From a virus (taxonomy: Duplodnaviria > Caudoviricetes), in IMG/VR virus record IMGVR_UViG_3300020573_000024, positions 1 through 34,321 of that record: a stretch of DNA of 34,321 nucleotides; one strand, written 5' to 3'. Made by a program: the position numbers and the translations under genes. The notes beneath the pieces are model-generated. The model was not told the DNA's origin. It saw nothing but the letters and a program-made list of their open reading frames with translations, and did no database searches. Below, one piece after another: positions 16,902-24,228 of the stretch (positions within the stretch are counted from its first letter, which is position 1; the number at the start of each line of letters is the position of its first letter).

Positions 16902-17218
16902 TGCTTGGTTGCACCATCAAGCGACGCGGGATGCGAAGCGCACATCATCCACCAAAGATCGAGAAGCTCATGCAATCCTTGGCGGCTTTGCTCCGTTGGG
17001 GCATTGCCGTTCACTCCGAATACGAGCTGCGTCAACGCCATTCCCATGCCGTTCAACAAATCTTCTTCAATGTGACCGCGTAAAATTAGGCCATTCAACC
17101 GCTGCAGGACATATTGTGTTGCTGCCAGCCTTTCGGCATCGCATTGTGCGTCGCGCTCTCCGGTGCCAAATGCACTCCAATCGCTTGGCGGCGCTGCCAT
17201 TGGATATTTTTTGCTCAC
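16898..17218 (-). CDS. Hypothetical protein (106 aa)
   Basis: GTGA overlap with the primase stop. Confidence 0.6.
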   Translation of the reverse strand: MSKKYPMAAPPSDWSAFGTGERDAQCDAERLAATQYVLQRLNGLILRGHIEEDLLNGMGMALTQLVFGVNGNAPTEQSRQGLHELLDLWWMMCASHPASLDGATKQ

Positions 17219-18330
17219 ACTATCGGTCCCTTTGATTGGAAAGCTTCGCTTTCGGGCATCTTCACACCGCGCAACACGTCGTTAAAATCCTTATATCCGG
17301 GCGGTGGCCATAGGATGCTGACACCGCGCACTTCGCCGTCTGCCGTCATTTGTTGTTCGGCTTGCTCTTGTTGCAATGCGATGCACGCTTCCAATGCGGC
17401 AACCGCATCGCGCGGCTTGTCGGGCTGGCGCTTGTCCCATTGCCCGACGATCACCAGGTCGCCCGCTTGGGGAGGCAATATCAACGAGCCAATTTTATCC
17501 AGCGTGCCCGCTGCCAATACCCGCCGCGTTGGATCGACCATTGCGATGGTGAGCGCATCCTCAATCCCCTCGCTGACATAGACGGGCGTGCCCGCGTCGA
17601 TATCGCGCAGCGTCTTGGTGCAACTGCCTTTGTGGATCGGCATGGCCGCGCCTTTGAACCCACCTAAAATCGTCTTTGGCTTATCAAGATTGGCTTTCAC
17701 CCAACCTTTGCCCGTATGCTCCAAAAACGTGCGGTGCGTGGCGATATGCTTGCCATCGATGCCGATTATTGCGGTGACGACGGCGGGGATATTGCGCCGT
17801 AATTCGGCGTTCCAAGTATCATGCCGATATCGGATTGCGCCCGGCAACTTACCTAATTTGCTAAAATCAATGTGGCGACCCTCAAAATATTTCTGCGCGG
17901 GCGTGTCCTTCATCGGCGCGGCAAATTGCCACAATCCGCGCGCCGACTCCTGCTTTTGCTTGGCCGCTTCTTCCTCGCTGCGCTGGCGTTCAATGCGGCG
18001 CTGCTCGACCTCGGCGCGGTTGGCCGGCGTATCAAACGAAATCCCTGCATCGGCCTCAAGCATCCGCAGCGCATCCATAAACGTCATGCTTTTGCGCTCA
18101 ATCAAATATTTGATCACATCGCCGTTCCAGCCACAGCCAAAACATTGCGCAAATTGCTTTGCGTCATTGATCATGAAACTGCCGGTGCGCTCCCCGTGGA
18201 ACGGGCAACATGCTTCTTGTTCGCTGCCCTTCTTGGTCAGCTTCACATCGATGCCAACAATAGACGACATCGGCACTCGGTCCTTGACCGCCCGTGCGCG
18301 CGCCTGAATGTCTGTGGTCCCCACCTTCAT
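17215..18330 (-). CDS. DNA primase (CHC2 zinc finger + Toprim)
   Basis: CCPFHGERTGSF..QCFGCG; HRTFL; VYVSEGIEDALT; PPPGYKDFND. Confidence 0.9.
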   Translation of the reverse strand: MKVGTTDIQARARAVKDRVPMSSIVGIDVKLTKKGSEQEACCPFHGERTGSFMINDAKQFAQCFGCGWNGDVIKYLIERKSMTFMDALRMLEADAGISFDTPANRAEVEQRRIERQRSEEEAAKQKQESARGLWQFAAPMKDTPAQKYFEGRHIDFSKLGKLPGAIRYRHDTWNAELRRNIPAVVTAIIGIDGKHIATHRTFLEHTGKGWVKANLDKPKTILGGFKGAAMPIHKGSCTKTLRDIDAGTPVYVSEGIEDALTIAMVDPTRRVLAAGTLDKIGSLILPPQAGDLVIVGQWDKRQPDKPRDAVAALEACIALQQEQAEQQMTADGEVRGVSILWPPPGYKDFNDVLRGVKMPESEAFQSKGPIV

Positions 18331-18339
18331 AATGCCGAC

Positions 18340-18684
18340 CTATGCTGTCGTTACAGCATGGCGGACATCCACGGCGAACGGCGCTTCGCCATGAATGCCC
18401 GCGTCATTGGCCCGGCGTTCAAGGGTGGGAGGAGAGTCGCCGGACCCATGATTGGTTGCAGGGGTCGGACTCGAACCGACGACCTCTTGGGTATGAACCA
18501 AGCAAGCTACCGCTGCTCCACCCTGCAATCTGTGAAATATCTCCGCGATCGACTTGACCTTATGCCGCTCGGTCCCGAGTTTGCTGCCGTCAGGGCCATA
18601 AAGTTCGAGAGAAGCGCCAAGCACCTGCGCGCGCCGCTTACGCGTTTCCCATTCCTTGATCGATGCGGCGCGGCTATCACGCAC
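18340..18684 (-). CDS. Doubtful ORF reading through the tRNA
   Basis: GTG 18684 overlaps the upstream stop. The first ~50 codons look protein-like; the rest is tRNA and hairpin sequence. Confidence 0.3.
   Translation of the reverse strand: MRDSRAASIKEWETRKRRAQVLGASLELYGPDGSKLGTERHKVKSIAEIFHRLQGGAAVACLVHTQEVVGSSPTPATNHGSGDSPPTLERRANDAGIHGEAPFAVDVRHAVTTA
18409..18446 (-). ncRNA. tRNA-trailer hairpin with a 20-nt C-rich (anti-SD-like) loop
   Basis: GGUCCGGCG-ACUCUCCUCCCACCCUUGAA-CGCCGGGCC, 6 nt after the tRNA CCA; more small hairpins follow before the primase start. Confidence 0.45.
18453..18527 (-). tRNA. tRNA-Met(CAU), initiator-like variant, CCA encoded
   Basis: TGCAGGG TG GAGC AGCGGTA GCTT G CTTGG TTCATAC CCAAG AGGTC GTCGG TTCGAGT CCGAC CCCTGCA A CCA folds into a full 75-nt cloverleaf. 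Confidence 0.93.
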
Positions 18685-18940
18685 GGTGAGACCAATCCTT
18701 ATCTGCAATTGGCGTGATTACGCCACCATCTGTGATAAGCGTATCGGGGTCACTGTTCCATGATGGCTGAAATTGCGCCGCTTCACGCGCCCGTTCCGGC
18801 ACCCGCCGCGCTGCGGCCAATTCCTTTTCCAACTGTTCACACAGCGCAGGCGGCAGGCCAATGCGGAAATCACCGATGAACAACTGCACCTCGCCCTTAT
18901 TCTCGTTCCACACGATCTGGATATCGATATCGGCTTTCAT
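18677..18940 (-). CDS. Hypothetical protein (87 aa)
   Basis: ATGA-coupled to the Cro-like gene. Confidence 0.65.
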   Translation of the reverse strand: MKADIDIQIVWNENKGEVQLFIGDFRIGLPPALCEQLEKELAAARRVPERAREAAQFQPSWNSDPDTLITDGGVITPIADKDWSHRA

Positions 18941-19290
18941 GCTGCCCTCTCCATCTGGCTATGTTCCTGCCCGACATTCGGGCAATTCGCTTCCGAACAA
19001 CTGCGCACCACGGGGTCGTCGGTGCGCAGGTCGCATAAGGTGCACAGCAACGGGCGTTCATATATGACCGCTGCTTCAAACCAGTCGGCGTGCGCCGCGA
19101 TGCCCATGTCGGCGATGCGGTTCATCGTCCGCGCATTCGGCACTTTGCCGAACCGCTCCCATTGCTGCACCGCGCTGGCGGTGACAAAACCGATTCGGTC
19201 GGCCAATGCCTCACGCGTCAACCGGGCGTCCCGCTGATCGCGATACGCCTCAATCTTTTGTCCGGCTTTTGTGGTTGATGCTGTCTTCAC
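18937..19290 (-). CDS. Cro-like XRE HTH protein with C-terminal four-Cys motif
   Basis: LTREALADRIGFVTASAVQQWERFGKVP HTH, divergent from the repressor; C-terminal CTLC..CSEANC. Confidence 0.8.
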   Translation of the reverse strand: MKTASTTKAGQKIEAYRDQRDARLTREALADRIGFVTASAVQQWERFGKVPNARTMNRIADMGIAAHADWFEAAVIYERPLLCTLCDLRTDDPVVRSCSEANCPNVGQEHSQMERAA

Positions 19291-19395
19291 TTGCCCTTTT
19301 TATTCTCATAGAATACATTTGTGCAAGCGATAATTTCAACTTTTATTCAGAATAGGATTTTTACCATGACAGCAATAGTGATAAATTTAGCCTCT
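19291..19395. promoter_or_regulatory. Lysis/lysogeny switch region with palindromic operator
   Basis: Perfect palindrome TATTCT-CAT-AGAATA (19301-19315) in the spacer of minus-strand TTGCAC-18-TAAAAA, 6 nt from the Cro GTG (leaderless); weaker site at 19345-19359. Confidence 0.7.
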
Positions 19396-19767
19396 ATGGC
19401 ACGTAAAAGCAAAACACTCGACAATGCTCCCAATCGCATCCGCGAATGGCGGCAGCTCCGCAGCTTGACCTTAAAGGAACTGGCGAAGCGCGTCGGCGTC
19501 ACCATCGGGCACATGCAAAAATGGGAAATTGCGGATCGCAATATCTCTTATGAACGGTTTAAGCGCATTGCCAGTGCGTTAGATGTAAATGTGGCGGACT
19601 TGCTGACCGCAGAAGACAATCCCGACGCGCTGTCCGATGCCGAACGCAAGGTTGTCGCCGCCATGCGGCAAAATGACGCCTTTGCACATAGCGCCACAGT
19701 TTTGGCCGAGGCGCAGCAGACGTTCAAACAAGCGCCTGAAATTCTGCCTTTTCCGAAAGTCGCCTAA
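19396..19767 (+). CDS. CI-like XRE repressor without an S24 peptidase domain
   Basis: NRIREWRQLRSLTLKELAKRVGVTIGHMQKWE..IASALDVNVADLL; probable start MARKS at 19396. Confidence 0.85.
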   Translation: MARKSKTLDNAPNRIREWRQLRSLTLKELAKRVGVTIGHMQKWEIADRNISYERFKRIASALDVNVADLLTAEDNPDALSDAERKVVAAMRQNDAFAHSATVLAEAQQTFKQAPEILPFPKVA

Positions 19768-19794
19768 GCACTGAGATTACGTTCGTTTGCATTT

Positions 19795-19847
19795 TTGCCT
19801 ATGGGAATACTTTGCCTATTGCATATTTTATTCTAATGGAATAATGA
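19795..19847 (+). promoter_or_regulatory. Early promoter with two operator sites
   Basis: TTGCAT (19819)-17-TAATGA; operators TTGCCT-ATG-GGAATA (19795-19809) and TATTCT-AAT-GGAATA (19829-19843). Confidence 0.65.
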
Positions 19848-19877
19848 TCCTCCATCGTATTTTCCTTGGAGGATTAA

Positions 19878-20330
19878 ATGAACCGTTCAAACTCTGTCAC
19901 GTCGGTTAGTGGCAACAGTGCAAATGTCGCGCATTTGCCGCTAACCCGCGCCGAACGCGAACGTGCCGTGTCCCGCGCCGTCGCTGTTCCGCAGGGGCCG
20001 GTTACCGTAATGGAAATTGCGCGGCGCTTTGCTTTGTCCGATGGTCATCATGGCGCAAGCCGCCGCACAATCATCACGCACATTCGTTTATTGCATAGCC
20101 GCTATGGCTTTCCTGCGCCTGCCACGCCGCGCTTTGAACATGGCGTCCGCTTGCATGACGAACGCGCCATTGTCTGGCGCAGCAAATGGTCGCGTGATTT
20201 GGTGGAGGCTTGGTTTGGCCATGACGACAGCCCTGCGAACGCTGCATTGGCCAAAGACGTGGGGCACGAACGCGCCCGCAACGCACTGGCCGACAATGCC
20301 CGCCGCTTGCTGGCTGGGGGTGCCCTATGA
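19878..20330 (+). CDS. AlpA/excisionase-like DNA-binding protein
   Basis: Helical segment followed by GFPAP..KWSRDLVEAW; strong GGAGG SD; first gene of the operon leading to int. Confidence 0.6.
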   Translation: MNRSNSVTSVSGNSANVAHLPLTRAERERAVSRAVAVPQGPVTVMEIARRFALSDGHHGASRRTIITHIRLLHSRYGFPAPATPRFEHGVRLHDERAIVWRSKWSRDLVEAWFGHDDSPANAALAKDVGHERARNALADNARRLLAGGAL

Positions 20331-20470
20331 AAAAGATTATCCGCGAACGGTTTTACAGCTTTCTGGAAAACAATCTGGCCGTTGGCTTTGCCATGTGCCT
20401 GATTGCCGCCGGTGGCATCGGCGCGGCATGGGCAAAGTTTGAAGCCCTCACATCGGCCACCCCTTTATGA
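20327..20470 (+). CDS. 47-aa single-TM protein
   Basis: MKKIIRERFYSFLENNLAVGFAMCLIAAGGIGAAWAKFEALTSATPL; ATGA-coupled. Confidence 0.55.
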   Translation: MKKIIRERFYSFLENNLAVGFAMCLIAAGGIGAAWAKFEALTSATPL

Positions 20471-20471
20471 A

Positions 20472-20604
20472 TTTGGCGAGCGTTCGAAACGCAGCCAAAG
20501 CGCGTCGCTTTGCCCACCCCGGGTTCGACGCGTCCACACTGCCCGCGCCTTGCACTTCCCATTTTCGGGATGATGGATTTCACCCGCAAGGCGCGGGTTT
20601 TTTT
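20472..20604 (+). ncRNA. Three-hairpin intergenic RNA ending in a terminator-like stem
   Basis: Stems 20472-20499, 20500-20533 (loop CUUUGCCCACCCCGGGUU) and 20541-20598 (13 bp, 32-nt loop beginning ACUUCCCA) followed by U7. Confidence 0.55.
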
Positions 20605-20615
20605 GGGGGCATCGC

Positions 20616-20768
20616 ATGACCAATAGCCGCCCGCCTATTTCACTTTCCGAAAAACGCCGCCGCGAACGGCGCTACGCCGAACAGCGCAGCTTGAATTGGT
20701 GCAGCAACCTTGGCCGTGTTGGCCATGTCGGAAGCAGGAGCCAGAAAAATGGACAGCCCAGCATTTGA
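20616..20768 (+). CDS. Small basic protein (50 aa)
   Basis: MTNSRPPISLSEKRRRERRYAEQR..., GGGGG SD-like; fills the gap. Confidence 0.4.
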   Translation: MTNSRPPISLSEKRRRERRYAEQRSLNWCSNLGRVGHVGSRSQKNGQPSI

Positions 20769-21153
20769 TCGCCCGCCGCTCGAAGCATCGACGGACCTGT
20801 TCGACGGCACACCCGCTGCGCCGCCGCGCGTTAAGCAACGCCATGAATTGAACAGCGCGCAACAGGCAACGCTTGACCGGCTTATGCGGCATCCGGCTGC
20901 CTTGCTGGACGTCAATAAGCTCCGCATGGAACAAGTGACCAAGCACGGCCACAGCGACGAAAGCGATGCGGAGGAACGGCTTATCAATATGATTGGCCGA
21001 TCCCGCGAACGCCTGACCCACGCCATGGAATATTGCGGTGGAAACGAAGCCGCAAACTTCGACTATATCCGCCGCAAACTGGCCATCAGCGCCGCTCTAT
21101 CCATGGCCGCAATGGACTGGATCGACAATTGCATCATGAACCAAGAGCCATGA
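20749..21153 (+). CDS. Hypothetical protein (134 aa, helical, MazG-like style C-terminus)
   Basis: Start MDSPA at 20749 with AGGAG; C-terminal RRKLAISAALSMAAMDWID. Confidence 0.7.
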   Translation: MDSPAFDRPPLEASTDLFDGTPAAPPRVKQRHELNSAQQATLDRLMRHPAALLDVNKLRMEQVTKHGHSDESDAEERLINMIGRSRERLTHAMEYCGGNEAANFDYIRRKLAISAALSMAAMDWIDNCIMNQEP

Positions 21154-21425
21154 CGATGAAGCTTTTAACCCGCCATGTGCGCGAACGCGAGTCCGCTCAT
21201 CAACGCCTTAAAATGAAGCGCGATAACAAAAAATATCGTGCCGAACGGCGCAACAAGACATTTAGCTTAGGATTGAAGTCAAAATTTTTGTTCCTTGGCG
21301 ACCGTGACAATTTATGGCGTCGCGACGGTTGCTGGCATTGTCGCCCGCAGATATTGCTGATCATTTTACGCGGAAAAATAACGACACTTGCACAATATCG
21401 AAACGGCGATTTCTGCCCTTTTTGA
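21150..21425 (+). CDS. Basic hypothetical protein (91 aa)
   Basis: ATGA-coupled start MTMKLL at 21150. Confidence 0.5.
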   Translation: MTMKLLTRHVRERESAHQRLKMKRDNKKYRAERRNKTFSLGLKSKFLFLGDRDNLWRRDGCWHCRPQILLIILRGKITTLAQYRNGDFCPF

Positions 21426-21472
21426 TCAGAATATCCACCTAACCACCAATAAACCAAAGAAGGAAAACTAAA

Positions 21473-21715
21473 ATGGCCGAAGGACATGTATCATCCGAGC
21501 AATTACGCTTGTTTATGGAGCGGATCGAGCGACTTGAAGAAGAAGAAAAGGGCATCCGCGATGACAAGAAGGACGTCTATAGCGAAGCAAAAAGCCAAGG
21601 ATATGACACCAAAATCATGCGCGTTATCATAAAGCTGCGCAGAATGACCAAGGACGACCGCGACGAAATGGACGCGATCCTCGACACCTACAAAACCGCT
21701 TTGGGGCTGGCGTGA
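21473..21715 (+). CDS. gapR: GapR / DUF2312 (UPF0335) nucleoid-associated protein homologue
   Basis: QLRLFMERIERLEEEEKGIRDDKKDVYSEAKSQGYDTKIMRVIIKLR..DEMDAILDTYKTALG is the family signature. Confidence 0.93.
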   Translation: MAEGHVSSEQLRLFMERIERLEEEEKGIRDDKKDVYSEAKSQGYDTKIMRVIIKLRRMTKDDRDEMDAILDTYKTALGLA

Positions 21716-21716
21716 T

Positions 21717-21772
21717 TTGACAATGCTGGGCGAAAGTAGCACTTTCGCCCACCCCACCGGAAAGGAGTCCGA
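21717..21772 (+). promoter_or_regulatory. Promoter with an 11-bp palindrome for the HTH-int unit
   Basis: TTGACA at 21717 followed by TGGGCGAAAGT-AGC-ACTTTCGCCCA (21727-21751), then SD AAGGAG. Confidence 0.6.
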
Positions 21773-21958
21773 ATGCCCGTTCTACCCATTTACCCAGAAT
21801 TTCCGATCATCCGCGCTTATATCTCGCGCCTTGGCGGTCATGATGCACTGGCCCGACGCCACAATATTGACAAACGTACCGCCCAACGCATTTTAAGCGG
21901 CAAGATGGTGCCCGGCAAAAGCTTGCTGGCTGAATTACTGGAATCGGCCCGTGCCTAA
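21773..21958 (+). CDS. Small HTH protein coupled to integrase
   Basis: GGHDALARRHNIDKRTAQRILSG HTH; overlaps the int start. Confidence 0.7.
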   Translation: MPVLPIYPEFPIIRAYISRLGGHDALARRHNIDKRTAQRILSGKMVPGKSLLAELLESARA

Positions 21959-23222
21959 GCTACGCCGCACCCCTCGCTATTTTCAGCCTGTCCCGCGCGC
22001 CAAAGGCCGCGTCACCTACAAATGGGAACCATCGGCCACATTGCGCCGCATGGGCTGGGCAACCGTCATGCTGGGTGACAATTACGTCGCCGCCATTGCC
22101 AAGGCAGAGGCGCTGAATGCCGAACTCGACGCATGGCGCGTGGGTGCATCTGGCCATGAAGCCGAAGCAAAGCCGATTGCCCCTGCCAACCGATTCCACG
22201 CCCGCTGGTCCGACCTTGACCGCGCCTATCGCGCCGATGAAAAAAACGGCTTGCTGGCGCGCAAACCCAAAACGCAAAAGGAATATGACAGCCGGTTGAA
22301 ATGGCTCTCCAAATGGGCGGAAAATGGCAACACGCGGCTATCCGATATCACCCGCGAAGTGGCCGAGGATTTGCGCGACAGCCTTGTCGACCATAGCAGC
22401 GCCTATAAGGCAGCGGCGATCATGCGCGTATTTTCACTGCTAATGGGCTATGCCGAAAAAAAGGCGAAGATGCTCCGTCGTGGATCTGACCCGTCAAAAG
22501 AGCTCGTCGTCCCTACACCGCCGCGCCGTAGGAAAAGCGTCGCGTTAGAAATCGTCGAATTTTTGGCCGCGACCGCGCGCAATCATGATTTGGAACGCGT
22601 GGCATTGGCCCTTGAACTAGGATTTTATACGTTGCAACGGCCCGGTGACCTGCGCACCGCGACCGCGATGCACTGGCGCCGCATGAATGATCTGGATGCC
22701 AGCGACCGCGCGGCCCTGTGCGGCCCTGACGGCCTTGTCTATGGCCTCCGCTTTCAACAGGCAAAGACAGGCGCATGGATCGGCAACGCCGTGCACCATG
22801 ACTTACGGCTAAAGGTCGAGGCGCGGCTTGCCGCAATGCACAATGCCGACGCCGCTTATATTTTGTTCCACGATGGCGCAGGCCAGGGAGCGGGCAAATT
22901 ATGGCACGAACGCGAATTTAACCGCGACTTCCGCAATGTCGTCAATTTCGCGATCGAGGCCGCGCGCGCATCCGGCGACAACTGGCTGACTGACGAATTG
23001 ACTGGCTTGCAATTCCGCGACATTCGCCGCTCCGGCATGGGCTGGCACAAAGACATGGGCGCAAGCAAAGAACAAATCGCATCGCGCAGCGGCCATAATA
23101 TCAGCGAGGTCGAAGATATTTTGAAAACCTACATGCCCGCCAACGAACGCGGCAGCGCCGCCGCCTTCGCCCGCGCGATCATCGCCAGCCAAGACCGCAA
23201 GCAAGAAAGGAACGAAGCGTGA
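21951..23222 (+). CDS. int: Tyrosine integrase
   Basis: Catalytic QRPGDL, QQAKTG, FRDIRRSG, SRSGH and ILKTY; N-terminal arm-binding-like domain. Confidence 0.92.
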   Translation: MPKLRRTPRYFQPVPRAKGRVTYKWEPSATLRRMGWATVMLGDNYVAAIAKAEALNAELDAWRVGASGHEAEAKPIAPANRFHARWSDLDRAYRADEKNGLLARKPKTQKEYDSRLKWLSKWAENGNTRLSDITREVAEDLRDSLVDHSSAYKAAAIMRVFSLLMGYAEKKAKMLRRGSDPSKELVVPTPPRRRKSVALEIVEFLAATARNHDLERVALALELGFYTLQRPGDLRTATAMHWRRMNDLDASDRAALCGPDGLVYGLRFQQAKTGAWIGNAVHHDLRLKVEARLAAMHNADAAYILFHDGAGQGAGKLWHEREFNRDFRNVVNFAIEAARASGDNWLTDELTGLQFRDIRRSGMGWHKDMGASKEQIASRSGHNISEVEDILKTYMPANERGSAAAFARAIIASQDRKQERNEA

Positions 23223-23614
23223 GCAATAATAACCCACGGAAATTTCCGCCAAAGCCTGTGTTTCCTGATTTGGCAGACCATCTAAGGGCATCGCCCGACT
23301 TGGTTGCTAATGCCATTGAACATGGCACGATGGCCATCGGCTTCGACCGCATCAAAGAAATCCGCCGCGAACTTTTGCGCCAGGGCGCGCACATTGAGGC
23401 GCTTCATCTTGGCTCTAGGGCTGAGAAAAAATTAAATGATGAGTGGGCCGATATAACGGGCACACACGAACCGTTACCACCTATTGAAAAATTTATGGGA
23501 ATACCGCTCGAAACACCACCAGAACGTGGACAACCGACCCCCGATTATTGTGCATTCAGTTGGAAACGCGAGGCGCGCAGTCCCGCGATTTTATTTGAGG
23601 TAATCCAACCATAA
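23219..23614 (+). CDS. Hypothetical protein (131 aa)
   Basis: GTGA-coupled to int. Confidence 0.65.
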   Translation: MSNNNPRKFPPKPVFPDLADHLRASPDLVANAIEHGTMAIGFDRIKEIRRELLRQGAHIEALHLGSRAEKKLNDEWADITGTHEPLPPIEKFMGIPLETPPERGQPTPDYCAFSWKREARSPAILFEVIQP

Positions 23615-23638
23615 ATTTGCCACGGAGTATGCCGTAAA

Positions 23639-23845
23639 ATGACTTTACGAGACGAATTTTGGTTACAGCGATTTTTGCTGTCTGCCGAGCGGCATGGTCG
23701 CATTTTGCTATCACCGCATATGTATCGGCAAGTGCGACATCATCCGCATTTTCGGTTTTTTATGCACCGTTTTGCACGGCACAGTATCGATACTCACGGC
23801 CTCGTGACTTTGCCGCGTTTCGAGCCGCAAACTGGCCTGATGTGA
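23639..23845 (+). CDS. His/Arg/Phe-rich hypothetical protein (68 aa)
   Basis: GGAG upstream; followed by a coupled 25-codon ORF at 23842-23919. Confidence 0.45.
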   Translation: MTLRDEFWLQRFLLSAERHGRILLSPHMYRQVRHHPHFRFFMHRFARHSIDTHGLVTLPRFEPQTGLM

Positions 23846-23933
23846 ACGAGGAAAGATGGAAATTACTTGCCGATTTGCTTGAGCGGGATAGCGAGTATTG
23901 GATTTATTTCTCTTTTTAATAAAGGAATGAAGC

Positions 23934-24227
23934 GTGAGCACCTTAGCCGAAACGTTCGACAAATATTTGCCTTATCCGGTTTATGAATTCCGTGGTGGCC
24001 CTGTTGATGGGCAAAAACTCAAAGTTGATTTGATTGATCTAGGCGAAGAAAAAGGATTAATCGCCCCTGACTTCTGGCATGTGAGCGCGCCGGATTTGTC
24101 GCTACGGGTATTGGAGTGGGCGCATGATCCATTTGTCATGAACCGCAAAGTTTTCACCGCGACATATCGCTTCGTCCGAACGATAGGATATCGCAATGTT
24201 GGCTATTACAAATTCGTTGATAATTAA
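23934..24227 (+). CDS. Hypothetical protein (97 aa)
   Basis: F.GGP.DGQ motif of small phage proteins; AAAGGA SD. Confidence 0.65.
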   Translation: MSTLAETFDKYLPYPVYEFRGGPVDGQKLKVDLIDLGEEKGLIAPDFWHVSAPDLSLRVLEWAHDPFVMNRKVFTATYRFVRTIGYRNVGYYKFVDN

Positions 24228-24228
24228 C

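Noticed and set aside
17588-18717. 239- and 281-aa plus-strand ORFs
   Set aside because: Antisense to the primase and tRNA; no supporting signals.
23934-23949. GTGAGCACCTTAGCCG resembling the methylase start repeat (ATGAGCACCCTTAGCCG)
   Set aside because: Short match needing a gap; could be chance.
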